DNA of 64,000 bases from Candidatus Poribacteria bacterium (GCA_965208325.1 OZ242326.1:1536001-1600000), one strand, 5' to 3'. Positions 9,521-19,268 are shown, counted from the first letter of the stretch. A program made the numbers and translations. The notes: generated by a model from the letters alone, not told the origin.

Positions 9521-11452
9521 GTGAGCACATTCTCGAACACCGAATCTAATAAGAACCCGGCTAGTATCCCCTTTAGAGTGTTCGTCATCGGACTCGCATT
9601 GGCGCTCGTAAACACCTATTGGATTGCGACAAATGACCTTATCATTGGTCCGCTGCATAACTACATGTCGCTCTTTAGTAATGCCATTTTCACCCTGTTT
9701 GTCCTGATTCTCCTGAATTTCGTTCTGAAGAAACTCCTACCAAAAACCGCCCTGTCCGACTCCGACCTTCTAGTTGTCTACGTCATGGTTGTTATGGTGA
9801 CGACGGTGTCCGGACACACCAGCATGAACAAGTTGGTAGGTACGCTTGCCCACCCCTTCTGGTTTGACACAGAAGAAAATGATTGGCGGAATCTGTTCTG
9901 GCGGCACATCCCCGATTGGTTTGCAATTCAAGACAAGAACGTGCTGCAAGGATTTTTCCTCGGTGAGACCTCCTTCTTCACGCAACAATATTTCACGGCT
10001 TGGATTGTTCCATTGCTTTGTTGGTCCGCCTTTATGTTTGTTCTCTATTTCGTCCTCATCTGCATTAACACGGTTATCAGGAGACAGTTTACCGACCACG
10101 AACGCCTCACCTACCCGATTACGTGGATGCCATTGGAGATGGGGCGCGACACTACCGCTTTTTTAAAGAGTAAATTAATGTGGGTGGGTTTTGGTATCGC
10201 GGCTGGAATTAGTCTGCTGAATGGCCTACACGTCTTATATCCCGCAGTACCGTCTGTCCGTGTTGGGTGGCAGCATTTCAATTTTCCCGACAAGCCGTGG
10301 AGTTACATGCGCGGGACACTCATCTCATTCCAGCCTTTCGTCATCGGATTGTCCTTTTTTATGCCGCTCGACCTCGCTTTTTCCGCCTGGTTCTTCTACA
10401 TTTTCAAAAAAGTGACCCTGATTTTGATGGGGGTTGCCGGGTGGCGAAACCTTTACTTTGATGAACAGGCACAAGGTGCCTGGACTGCGTTGGGCATCTT
10501 GGCGCTATGGGTCGGGCGAAAACACCTAAAGCGGGTTATCACCCACGTAGCAACCGCAAAGGCGGGCATAGACGATTCGAGAGAGTCTATGTCTTATCGG
10601 GCTGCGATATTGGGTATCATCGGCGGGGTATTGTTCTTCCTCTGGTTTGCTTACAGTGCAGGTTTCTCTTATTGGGTTATTTTGCTCTTTTTGGGGCTAT
10701 ACTGTTGCGGCGCCATCGGTTTGACAAAGGTCAGAGCTAGCCTTGGCGTAGCTGTACACGAACTGCTTTGGGTGGATCCCGGTCGAACAATGGTCACATC
10801 TATCGGTACCCGGGCATACGGTCCCCGAAACTTGACCATTCTCAACTTTTTTTATTGGCTGAATCGAGACCAGCCGGCGCATCCGATGCCAAATCAATTA
10901 GAAGCCTTCCGCATTGGTGAACAATCCAATATAAACAGCCGGCAACTCGTGTGGGCGATGTTAATTACCCTCGCTGTGTGTATTCCGGCAACTTTTCTGA
11001 TATATCTCAACATAGAGTATCGGGAGGGTGCGTCAAATTCGAGGTCTTTTATTCAGTGGGTCGGAGTGGAAAGTTTTGGACGGCGCCTTCAGCCGTGGTT
11101 GACTTTTCCGACCGGACCAAATTACTTCACAATCGGCGCAATGGGCTTAGGATTTGGCGTGACCACTTTTCTCCTAATCATGAAGATGAAGTTTCTCTGG
11201 TGGCCATTTCACCCGGTCGGTTATGTGCTCGGAGTGAGTCCGGCGGAGATGGTCTACATCTGGGTGCCGGTGCTTATTAGCTGGTCGTGCAAGCTCGCCA
11301 TCCTCAGGTACGGCGGTTTACGCGCTTATCGCCGAGCCATACCATTCTTTGCCGGATTGATACTGGGCGACTATTCCATGGGCTGCATGTGGAGCATCAT
11401 CAGTGCGGTGTTTAACGTCTCAACCTATAATATGGCATGGCACGGCCGCTAA
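9521..11452 (+). CDS. Polytopic membrane protein, DUF6785/DUF6784-like (putative transporter)
   Basis: Many TM segments; motifs ERLTYPI..MPLE, HPMPNQLEAF, WPFHPVGY, YRRAIPFFAGLILG shared with paralog at 40386. Confidence 0.7.
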   Translation: MSTFSNTESNKNPASIPFRVFVIGLALALVNTYWIATNDLIIGPLHNYMSLFSNAIFTLFVLILLNFVLKKLLPKTALSDSDLLVVYVMVVMVTTVSGHTSMNKLVGTLAHPFWFDTEENDWRNLFWRHIPDWFAIQDKNVLQGFFLGETSFFTQQYFTAWIVPLLCWSAFMFVLYFVLICINTVIRRQFTDHERLTYPITWMPLEMGRDTTAFLKSKLMWVGFGIAAGISLLNGLHVLYPAVPSVRVGWQHFNFPDKPWSYMRGTLISFQPFVIGLSFFMPLDLAFSAWFFYIFKKVTLILMGVAGWRNLYFDEQAQGAWTALGILALWVGRKHLKRVITHVATAKAGIDDSRESMSYRAAILGIIGGVLFFLWFAYSAGFSYWVILLFLGLYCCGAIGLTKVRASLGVAVHELLWVDPGRTMVTSIGTRAYGPRNLTILNFFYWLNRDQPAHPMPNQLEAFRIGEQSNINSRQLVWAMLITLAVCIPATFLIYLNIEYREGASNSRSFIQWVGVESFGRRLQPWLTFPTGPNYFTIGAMGLGFGVTTFLLIMKMKFLWWPFHPVGYVLGVSPAEMVYIWVPVLISWSCKLAILRYGGLRAYRRAIPFFAGLILGDYSMGCMWSIISAVFNVSTYNMAWHGR

Positions 11453-11541
11453 ATGCCCATCCGAAATCCGTATAGTGCGATTTCCAATTCAGATAAGACT
11501 GAACGCACCGCCATATTTTCAATACCGGAGTTTAAGATATT

Positions 11542-12306
11542 ATGAGACTAGAGAACAAAGTTGCTATTGTCACCGGAGCAGCTCAGGGTATGGGCTTCGC
11601 AACAGCAAAGATATTCACCCAACAGGGAGCTAAGGTGGCTATGGTAGATGTGAACACTGAGAAGCTCCTGCAGGCGGGTAAAGTTGTAGAATCCCTTGGC
11701 GCGAAGCCACTGATGCTCGACATTGACATCAGTGATTCTACGGCTGTAAGGCACGCTGTCCAAGACGTACACAACGCTTGGGAACGAGTAGACGTGTTGG
11801 TCAACAACGCGGCAATCCAGTCACCCGGCGGTAATTTCGTTAACGCAACCGACGAGGTCTGGGACCGCTATTTGGCCGTCAACGTCAAAAGCGCCGGGTT
11901 TCTGGTCAGAGAAGTCATTCCCTTGATGCAGCAGCAGAAAGGCGGAAGCATCATCAACATCGGGTCGATTTCTGCGATGGTTGTTTTCCCGGGGCAAGCG
12001 GTATACGCCGCAACCAAAGGGGCTATCCTGCAGTTGACCCGCGCTATCGCAGTAGACTTCGGAAAGGACGGGATTCGCGCAAACTGCATCTGTCCCGGTC
12101 CGACCCTCTCTGGTCCCCTAGCAAACGGGGTTTCCGAAGATGGTTCGTTAAATCCGGAGTTAGCAGATTTAGCGAACATGCATCCCCTTCAACGTCTCGC
12201 GCAACCTGAAGATATCGCTCATGCCTCTCTATTTTTGGCTTCGGACGAATCTCGGCATGTCACCGGGGTTGTGCTGCCTGTAGATGGCGGCTTTACCGCT
12301 AGATAG
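11542..12306 (+). CDS. Short-chain dehydrogenase/reductase (SDR)
   Basis: TGAAQGMG, NNAA, YAATK catalytic motif, VDGG. Confidence 0.93.
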   Translation: MRLENKVAIVTGAAQGMGFATAKIFTQQGAKVAMVDVNTEKLLQAGKVVESLGAKPLMLDIDISDSTAVRHAVQDVHNAWERVDVLVNNAAIQSPGGNFVNATDEVWDRYLAVNVKSAGFLVREVIPLMQQQKGGSIINIGSISAMVVFPGQAVYAATKGAILQLTRAIAVDFGKDGIRANCICPGPTLSGPLANGVSEDGSLNPELADLANMHPLQRLAQPEDIAHASLFLASDESRHVTGVVLPVDGGFTAR

Positions 12307-12345
12307 AAAAAATTGTCCAAGAGTCAATAACCACTTATATTTGCC

Positions 12346-12375
12346 TTGACACGTGGATTTACCATCTGTTAAAAT
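12346..12375 (+). promoter_or_regulatory. Sigma70-like promoter (TTGACA-18-TAAAAT with extended -10 TG)
   Basis: TTGACA at 12346-12351; TG at 12367-12368; TAAAAT at 12370-12375. Confidence 0.55.
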
Positions 12376-12427
12376 TTAGAAAAGATACCGTGCTGTTTAA
12401 AATTTAAAATATTATCATTTAACGGCG

Positions 12428-12467
12428 AGGCGAGGGCGCTGTGCGGTGCCACCCTCGCCTTTTTTTT
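12428..12467 (+). terminator. Intrinsic terminator
   Basis: GC-rich stem AGGCGAGGG...CCCTCGCCT followed by a long T-run. Confidence 0.75.
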
Positions 12468-13004
12468 CGACAGCGCGGAACATGCCTGAATAATCAGTCG
12501 GACCGGCGCCGAACGCGTCTAATTAGCGAAATAAATGTGGTTGGCATTGTGGCATAAAATCAATACAGTAAATCGAGAATTCAACCCTAACCGTGCGAAG
12601 TGTCCCAAAATGGAAACACCGATTTTAGGGCACGAAAGGGCACAAAAGGGCACTTTCAGACTCATTGAACCGCGCGCCGTTAGGCAAGCGCCGGACATGC
12701 CGCCGAGCCAATGTTGGACGGGATTCTCAAGCGTTTGGATATTCAAAAATCAACCCAAAATTTGCCCACAGCAGTGAGTGCCCCCAAGGCCAAAATCACA
12801 TTGGTAAGGACACCTTGGGACACAGTGAAAGACAGGAACTCAATCGCAAATCCTACCGCGAACAACCAATACTCAACAGCCAAAGCCGAAATTTACGAGA
12901 ATGTGCAATGCGCATAATTAAAGTAGAAGGCATACGCCGTGTGCCGTAATTGACGTCACGATGTCAACATTGTGTTGACGTTTTTTAAACGATAGGATTT
13001 TGGA

Positions 13005-13033
13005 TTGAAAGCGCAAGTTTTTTTTGATATAAT
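13005..13033 (+). promoter_or_regulatory. Sigma70 promoter of LamG copy 1
   Basis: TTGAAA-17 bp-TATAAT; both hexamers and spacing conserved in the duplicate. Confidence 0.75.
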
Positions 13034-13208
13034 ACCTGCAGTTTACATGTCCTTTCCAAACAACCTGAATGTGGAATAGAGTTTTTGAGAGCGCGCAAGT
13101 TTGGCGGCGTATGGATAGGATTGTGATGTGTGATTGTAATTGGAGCATAACTTATCATCTACAAAGGATTGTCCAACGTAATCAATCCGTAGAAAGGGAG
13201 GCAATGTC

Positions 13209-14000
13209 ATGTCCAGTATTGAAAGGAAGATTTTAATTGGATGTGTAGTTTTATTTGCTCTTGGATTCGCGCTGCAAAGTTCGTACGCCGCGATTGATCC
13301 AAACACTATTGTTGGCGTTTGGACTTTTGAGGAGGGGGTGGGTGAGGAAGTCAGGGATATCTCGGGTAATGGCAATGACGGGATGTTCTTGGGCAACCCG
13401 AAATGGGTTGACGGAAAATTTGGCACTGCTCTGGATTTCAAGAGTTTGGGCGATGTTGTACACATCCCCGAATTTGGTCTGGTCGCGCCTCAAAAAGAGG
13501 CAACAATTACCTTCTGGACCGAGCTTGGAGATACGCAGGATTGCGATATTCTAAGTTTTGACCCGCTTGATGGAGCCAACCGTATCACCATTCACTTTCC
13601 ATGGGGCAACGGTGTTGTTTGGCAGCACGGCACCGACCAGCATGTTGCAGCAGGCGGAATGCCGAAGGAAACGCTGAATAACTGGGAATTTTGGGCTTTC
13701 ATCGGCAGTACCAGAGGGAACTACATGAGAATCCTGCGAAATATGGAAGAGTTTGATTTGAGGGAGGATACAGCTACGGCGAAGCCCGCTTTTGTCGCTT
13801 CTGAACAAACTTGGAGCATCGGCGGCCGCCAAGGGTCGTCGTATACTGGAATCATCGATGAAGTCGGGGTGTTCGAAGCGGCTCTCAGCGACGAGGATTT
13901 GACTGAAATTATGGAAAATGGCTTGGAAATAACCGCCTTTGCAGTCCACCCGTCGGAAAAAATGACGACCACTTGGGGAAAGATTAAGCGAAAAAACTAA
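13209..14000 (+). CDS. Secreted LamG/concanavalin A-like jelly-roll protein (copy 1)
   Basis: Signal peptide; W.FEEG.G..V.D.SGNGNDG, GKFGTALDF, GIIDEVGVF..ALS; C-terminal AVHPSEKMTTTWGKIK. Confidence 0.88.
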   Translation: MSSIERKILIGCVVLFALGFALQSSYAAIDPNTIVGVWTFEEGVGEEVRDISGNGNDGMFLGNPKWVDGKFGTALDFKSLGDVVHIPEFGLVAPQKEATITFWTELGDTQDCDILSFDPLDGANRITIHFPWGNGVVWQHGTDQHVAAGGMPKETLNNWEFWAFIGSTRGNYMRILRNMEEFDLREDTATAKPAFVASEQTWSIGGRQGSSYTGIIDEVGVFEAALSDEDLTEIMENGLEITAFAVHPSEKMTTTWGKIKRKN

Positions 14001-14021
14001 TTTCCTGTTGCTAAGCCATTT

Positions 14022-14187
14022 GCGAAGCCTTTAACGCTTACCTAAACGGCGAACCGGTTCTTACAACGGAGAGTTTTGACGGAGCGCCGATCCGAAGCAC
14101 TAATCCCAAACCCATGACAGCACCCTACATGATTTATCCGGAACAACCAATCCAAACCGGCGTGGGTAAAGAAGGTCGGTGGAAATA
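14022..14187 (+). pseudogene. Internal remnant of a duplicate of the LamG gene at 15755-16612
   Basis: Nearly identical to 16284-16450 (FNAYLNGEPVLTTESFDG...PYMIYPEQPIQ); has no start codon. Confidence 0.85.
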
Positions 14188-14304
14188 ATGTCTAGCGCTG
14201 TGGCAAGGCTGGCTGTCGTGTGTACCGGTTTCGCGGTTCTTTGGTCCATCCCCGCATGCTCAGGTCATGCCGCAATTGACTCTGAGTCCATTGTCGCAAT
14301 ATGA
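14188..14304 (+). pseudogene. N-terminal stub (signal peptide) of another LamG-type gene
   Basis: MSSAVARLAVVCTGFAVLWSIPACSGHAAIDSESIVAI*; resembles 'AAIDPNTIVGVW' with TGA at the Trp position. Confidence 0.65.
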
Positions 14305-14677
14305 GAAATGTTCTTAAAATGAAAACCCCGATTTTAGGACACAAAAGACACTATTGGACTCATTGTCGCCGCCGCATTTAGGCGTGTGCCGGACATGCTG
14401 TCGAGCTAGTGTTTGACGGGATTCTCAAGTATTTGGATATTCGAAAATCAACCAAGATTTTTACGGCGGACGTGAGTGTCACCAAGAACACAATCGCACG
14501 GGGTAGGACACTTACGCGAATTACGGCATCCGCTGTATGCTGTTAAAGTAGCAGGCATACTCCGTATGCCGTAATTCTCGTCGCCATAAAGTAGTACAGT
14601 ACCATGCTCCGTATGCCGTGTTTCACGTGCCAAAACCAACATCGTGCTGACGATTATTTAAATGATAGGTTTTTGGG

Positions 14678-14706
14678 TTGAAAGCACAAGTTTTTTTTGA
14701 TATAAT
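14678..14706 (+). promoter_or_regulatory. Sigma70 promoter of LamG copy 2
   Basis: TTGAAA-17 bp-TATAAT. Confidence 0.75.
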
Positions 14707-14881
14707 ACCGGCAAATTACATGTCCTTTCCAATCAACCTGAATCTTGAGCAGCCCTTTTGAGAGCGCACAAGTTTGGCGGCGCATGGATGGGCTTGTGAT
14801 GTGTACATGTAATTGAGGCATAACTAATCATCTACAAAGGATTGTCCAACGTTATCAATCCGTAGAAAGGAAGGCAATGCG

Positions 14882-15673
14882 ATGTCAGGTATTGTAAGGA
14901 AGATTTTAAATGGTTGCGTAGTTTTAATTGCTCTTGGATTCGCGCTGCAAAGTTCGTACGCCGCGATTAATCCAAACACCATAGTTGCCGCATATACCTT
15001 TGAAGAGGGTGAGGGTGAAGAGGTCAGGGATATCTCGGGTAATGGCAATGACGGGATGTTCTTGGGCAACCCCAAATGGGTTGACGGAAAATTTGGCACC
15101 GCTCTGGATTTCAAGAGCTTGGGTGATGTTGTACACATCCCCGAATTTGGTCTGGTCGCGCCTCAAAAAGAGGCAACAATTACCTTTTGGACAGAACTTG
15201 GAGATACGCAGGATTGCGATATTCTAAGTTTTGACCCGCTTGACGGAGCGAACCGTATCACCATCCACTTTCCCTGGGGTAACGGTGTTGTGTGGCAGCA
15301 CGGCACCGACCAGCACTTTGCAGGCGGCGGAATACCAAAGGATACGCTGAATAACTGGGAGTTTTGGGCTTTCATCGGCAGTACCAGAGGGAACTACCTG
15401 AGAATCCTGCGAAATATGGAAGAGTTTGATTTAAGGGAGGACACAGCTACGGCCAAGCCTGCTTTTGTCGCCTCTGAACAAACTTGGAGCATCGGCGGCC
15501 GCCAAGGGTCGTCGTATACTGGAATCATCGATGAAGTCGGGGTGTTCGAAGCGGCTCTCAGCGACGAGGATTTGACTGAAATTATGGAAAATGGCTTGGA
15601 AATAACCGCCTTTGCAGTCCACCCGTCGGAAAAAATGACGACCACTTGGGGAAAGATTAAGGAAAAACACTAA
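14882..15673 (+). CDS. Secreted LamG-like jelly-roll protein (copy 2)
   Basis: Near-identical to 13209-14000; differences lie in the N-terminus, one loop (HFAGGGIPKDT vs HVAAGGMPKET), one M/L change and the last residues. Confidence 0.88.
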   Translation: MSGIVRKILNGCVVLIALGFALQSSYAAINPNTIVAAYTFEEGEGEEVRDISGNGNDGMFLGNPKWVDGKFGTALDFKSLGDVVHIPEFGLVAPQKEATITFWTELGDTQDCDILSFDPLDGANRITIHFPWGNGVVWQHGTDQHFAGGGIPKDTLNNWEFWAFIGSTRGNYLRILRNMEEFDLREDTATAKPAFVASEQTWSIGGRQGSSYTGIIDEVGVFEAALSDEDLTEIMENGLEITAFAVHPSEKMTTTWGKIKEKH

Positions 15674-15754
15674 TTACCGGTCGCCTAAGCGATTTGCGTA
15701 ACCTAACACAAAAACAGTTTAAGTCATGAATTCGTCTTCTCAAGGAGGTTTACC

Positions 15755-16612
15755 ATGTTTCGTATTGCTTACATTATTGCCGTCTTGGGCTTGTGTGTAA
15801 TCGCAAGCATCGGTTCGGCAGACGTGATGGATGGTGTCATTTCCGTCTGGAATTTTAATGACGGTACCGCTAATGACCTGTATGGCCGTAACAACGGAAT
15901 TGTGAACGGCGGTGTCCAATTCGTTGATGGCAGGATTCAATTGGGCGTTGACCTGAATGGGATAGATGCATCGGTCGATATTCCCCACGGTCCCACCATG
16001 GATCCGATGGAAAATGCGTGGAGCGTTGCCGCATGGGCGTTCATTCGCAATGGTGGAGACGCTTGGCCCATTGTCTGGAAGGGTGAGCAACTCGGCGGAG
16101 GTCCACTCTTCATGTTTCGTTTATGCACTAACAGCAACGTCGCTCTGACATGGGGCGCCAATAATGTCAAAGGTTCCGTGCATAACGAGAAAGAGCCGGG
16201 CGCAATCACGGCCGAGGGATGGTTCCATTCTAATCGCGTGTACATGACCGGTGAATGGATCCACGTAGCGGAAATCGCGAACGGCGAAACCTTTAACGCT
16301 TACCTAAACGGCGAACCGGTTCTTACAACGGAAAGTTTTGACGGAGCTCCGTTCCGAAGCACTGATCCCAAACCCATGACAGCACCCTACATGATTTATC
16401 CGGAACAACCTATCCAAATCGGTGTGGGTAAAGGTTGGGGCGGTGAAAATGATTTCAGGTATCTTGATGCAATCGTTGATGAGGTCGTGATTTACGACCG
16501 CGCGATTTCGCACGACGAACTTAACGAACTCATGGACTTCGACTGGCCGACGGTAGCAGTTGAACCGAAGGATAAGCTCGCCGTCAGATGGGCTGAAATC
16601 AAAAACGAGTAA
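15755..16612 (+). CDS. Secreted LamG-like jelly-roll protein
   Basis: AGGAGG RBS, signal peptide, WNFNDGTANDLYG, EWIHVA, IVDEVVIYDRAIS; C-terminal AVEPKDKLAVRWAEIK. Confidence 0.85.
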   Translation: MFRIAYIIAVLGLCVIASIGSADVMDGVISVWNFNDGTANDLYGRNNGIVNGGVQFVDGRIQLGVDLNGIDASVDIPHGPTMDPMENAWSVAAWAFIRNGGDAWPIVWKGEQLGGGPLFMFRLCTNSNVALTWGANNVKGSVHNEKEPGAITAEGWFHSNRVYMTGEWIHVAEIANGETFNAYLNGEPVLTTESFDGAPFRSTDPKPMTAPYMIYPEQPIQIGVGKGWGGENDFRYLDAIVDEVVIYDRAISHDELNELMDFDWPTVAVEPKDKLAVRWAEIKNE

Positions 16613-16629
16613 GACAACTCACCTTAAGG

Positions 16630-16931
16630 ATGTCTAAACGAAGAGGCCGGTCCTGCGTAGTGACGAATGTGCGTGGTCCGGCTTTTTCCGTTTTGACCAC
16701 CTCAACACGCATAGAATTAGAACATCACTGCAAAAAGGGAATATCGCTGGTCGAAGAGGTTCGTCATATACAGGCATTATTGACGAACTTGGGGTTTTCA
16801 ATGCAGCCCTTAGCAACGGCGATATTCAAAGTATTATGGACAAAGGGTTGCCGCAGACCGCCTTGGCTGAAGCGGTCTCCCCGTTAGGCAAGTTGACCAC
16901 TACTTGGAGCCAAATTAAAACGCGAGACTAA
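16630..16931 (+). pseudogene. Degraded LamG gene (C-terminal remnant)
   Basis: Frame from ~16743 reads IAGRRGSSYTGIIDELGVFNAALSNGDIQSIMDKGLPQTALAEAVSPLGKLTTTWSQIKTRD*, homologous to the LamG C-termini; no intact N-terminus. Confidence 0.8.
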
Positions 16932-17158
16932 CTAAGGAATAGACGGAATGCCATCCCGTCGTACGAATCAATCTGGTGCTCTCTCTTCCGTCGATTGGAA
17001 AAAGAACTGATGAAAAGGAACTGATAATGGCTGGTTACCACGTTTGGGGTTAAGTTTGTCCTACATTCTTACGCCTAATGCCTAAGTTCCGAAGGCATTA
17101 ATCTAATCACAAAGGAGACTACTGGATAACCGCTTATACGGTTATTGGGAGGTTTAGG

Positions 17159-18151
17159 ATGTATTACAGATGGAAACTTGCGCTTCTCATGCTAAGTGGC
17201 GTCGTCCTGTTGAATGGCGTTCTGTTCTTAATGAGCGTTCGGGCGCAAGCCCCCGAAAACGGGACTATCGCTTTCGCTACGCCTCGTCCTCCCGCAGGCA
17301 ATCTCTGGTTAATGGATGCCGATGGTGAAAATCCGCGCGCAGTGCCAAACGTTAAGGGAAGCGTCTCGGGTATGACATGGTCCCCGGATGGTCGAAAGAT
17401 CGCCTACTATAGCGGTGTAGAGCCGAACAACGATGAGATCTTTGTGATCGATGCCGATGGCGAGAATCTCACCAGGTTGACGGAGCATCCTAAGAACGAC
17501 AGATGGCCAACGTGGCATCCTAACGGTCAAAAGATTGCATTCGCATCCAAAAGGGATGGGAACTTGGAAATTTACGTAATGAACGCTAATGGTGAGGCAA
17601 AGCAGAACATAACCAACCACCCGGACGCAGACTTCGACCCGTCATGGTCGCCGGACGGTCGAAAGATTGCCTTTTACACCTCCCGGGACGGTAATGCGGA
17701 AATCTATGTGATGGACGCCGACGGAATGGATGCGCAGAACCTCACCAACCATAACGCTGAAGACATCCAACCGGACTGGTCGCCAGACAGTCAAAAGATT
17801 GCCTTTGTCTCTGACCGGCGGGACGGCAATAACATCTTTGTGATAGGCGTAGATGGGAATAACCTCAAGCGGCTCACAAATGTGCCTCAACCAGACACTG
17901 AGCCTGCGTGGTCGCCAGATGGTGAAAAGATTGTCTTTACGAGCGCTCGAGGTGGAAAAGTTGACATTTGGGTGATGGACGCAAACGGAAAGGGTGAACC
18001 TGAAAAACTCACAAAGGAAGCCCACTGGAACCGTTCGGCAGATTGGTTTGACCCCGCCTTTGCACAGCGGTTTTCCGTTTCACCTGCTGACAAGCGCCCA
18101 TTGACCTGGGGTTGGCTCAAGAGGTTCGGACGTGTCCTACCTCAGAAATAA
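17159..18151 (+). CDS. Secreted TolB-like beta-propeller (PD40/WD40-like repeats)
   Basis: Repeated P.WSPDG.KIAF.S.RDGN.EIYVMDADG units; signal peptide; C-terminal SVSPADKRPLTWGWLK. Confidence 0.9.
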   Translation: MYYRWKLALLMLSGVVLLNGVLFLMSVRAQAPENGTIAFATPRPPAGNLWLMDADGENPRAVPNVKGSVSGMTWSPDGRKIAYYSGVEPNNDEIFVIDADGENLTRLTEHPKNDRWPTWHPNGQKIAFASKRDGNLEIYVMNANGEAKQNITNHPDADFDPSWSPDGRKIAFYTSRDGNAEIYVMDADGMDAQNLTNHNAEDIQPDWSPDSQKIAFVSDRRDGNNIFVIGVDGNNLKRLTNVPQPDTEPAWSPDGEKIVFTSARGGKVDIWVMDANGKGEPEKLTKEAHWNRSADWFDPAFAQRFSVSPADKRPLTWGWLKRFGRVLPQK

Positions 18152-18287
18152 AGCGGTTTAGTTAGGGTTACTAGGTGGTGCCAGAGGGTAGTGTACAATA
18201 GGCGGCGCTGGACTGTGACCGCTGTTGCGGCAATCCAAAGGAAGAGAATTTCTTAACATCAAATAGTAAGCTAAATAGGAGGTTATC

Positions 18288-19268
18288 ATGTATTCTAGAG
18301 TGAAGTCCGCGTTTTTCGCGTTGTGCACTGCAATCCTGTTGAGCCATGTCGGGCTTTCATTGCCTGCCTTGGCACAAGCACCCGATGAACCGACCATCGC
18401 CTTTGCCACATCGCGCGGAGGCGGTAGTCTCTGGCTAGTTGACCCGGATGGTGACAATGCGCGCGCTGTGCCGAACGCTCCCGGGGCGTCTCTTGGAATC
18501 GAGTGGTCGCCGGATGGCCGAAAGATTGCTTACTACGCTGAGGTAGATGGCAACATTGACGTGTTTGTGATAGATGCTGATGGACAGAATCTCCAAAGGA
18601 TGACGGAACACCTTAAAGCTGACAGGTGGCCCACCTGGCACCCAAACGGTCAAAGGATGGCTTTCACATCCAAACGCGACGGAAACCTTGAAATTTACGT
18701 GATGGATGCCAATGGCGAAGGAAAGCAGAATATCACCAACCACCCCGATGCAGACTACGACCCGTCATGGTCTCCCAACGGCCGCAAGATTGCTTTCTAC
18801 ACTTCCCGCGATGGAAATGCTGAAATCTACGTAATGGACACCGACGGACAGAATCCAACCAATCTGACAAACAACGATGCTGAAGACATTCAACCGGACT
18901 GGTCGCCGAATGGTAATAAGATTGTTTTCGCCTCAGATCGGGCGGGGCCTGACAACATTTTTGTGATGGACGCAGATGGGGGAAAGGTCGATCAGATTAC
19001 TGACGTACCCACACCTGATAATGAGCCTGCATGGTCGCCGGATGGGAAACAAATTGCCTTCACCGCCGCGCGGGATGGAACCATCGATGTCTGGGTGATG
19101 GATGCTGATGGGGATAATGCAGAAAGTCTGGAGGGCGGTGGCTGGAATCGTAATCCGTCGTGGTTTGACCCAGCTTTTGCAGGGGAGTTCGCCGTTTCTC
19201 CCGCAGGCAAACACCCCTCCATCTGGGGCAAGCTCAAACATCAGGAGCGAGTAACATTTTGGCGATAA
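18288..19268 (+). CDS. Secreted TolB-like beta-propeller (paralog of 17159)
   Basis: Same PD40 repeats; C-terminal AVSPAGKHPSIWGKLK. Confidence 0.9.
   Translation: MYSRVKSAFFALCTAILLSHVGLSLPALAQAPDEPTIAFATSRGGGSLWLVDPDGDNARAVPNAPGASLGIEWSPDGRKIAYYAEVDGNIDVFVIDADGQNLQRMTEHLKADRWPTWHPNGQRMAFTSKRDGNLEIYVMDANGEGKQNITNHPDADYDPSWSPNGRKIAFYTSRDGNAEIYVMDTDGQNPTNLTNNDAEDIQPDWSPNGNKIVFASDRAGPDNIFVMDADGGKVDQITDVPTPDNEPAWSPDGKQIAFTAARDGTIDVWVMDADGDNAESLEGGGWNRNPSWFDPAFAGEFAVSPAGKHPSIWGKLKHQERVTFWR

Larger units (their letters stand above)
12606..15700 (+). repeat. Tandem duplication, ~1.7 kb period (unit 1 from ~12606, unit 2 from ~14316), covering upstream region, promoter and LamG gene
   Basis: Alignable noncoding blocks (12606-12755 vs 14316-14453; 12965-13208 vs 14638-14881) and near-identical CDSs 13209-14000 and 14882-15673. 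Confidence 0.9.

Noticed and set aside
12519..13148. Short ORFs in the intergenic region before LamG copy 1
   Set aside because: No recognisable motifs or RBS, and frames are not preserved in the duplicated copy at ~14316-14880.
14022..16450. Diversity-generating retroelement (template/variable repeat pair in LamG genes)
   Set aside because: Mismatches between 14022-14187 and 16284-16450 include G and C positions rather than only adenines, no reverse transcriptase is present, and a duplication remnant explains it.
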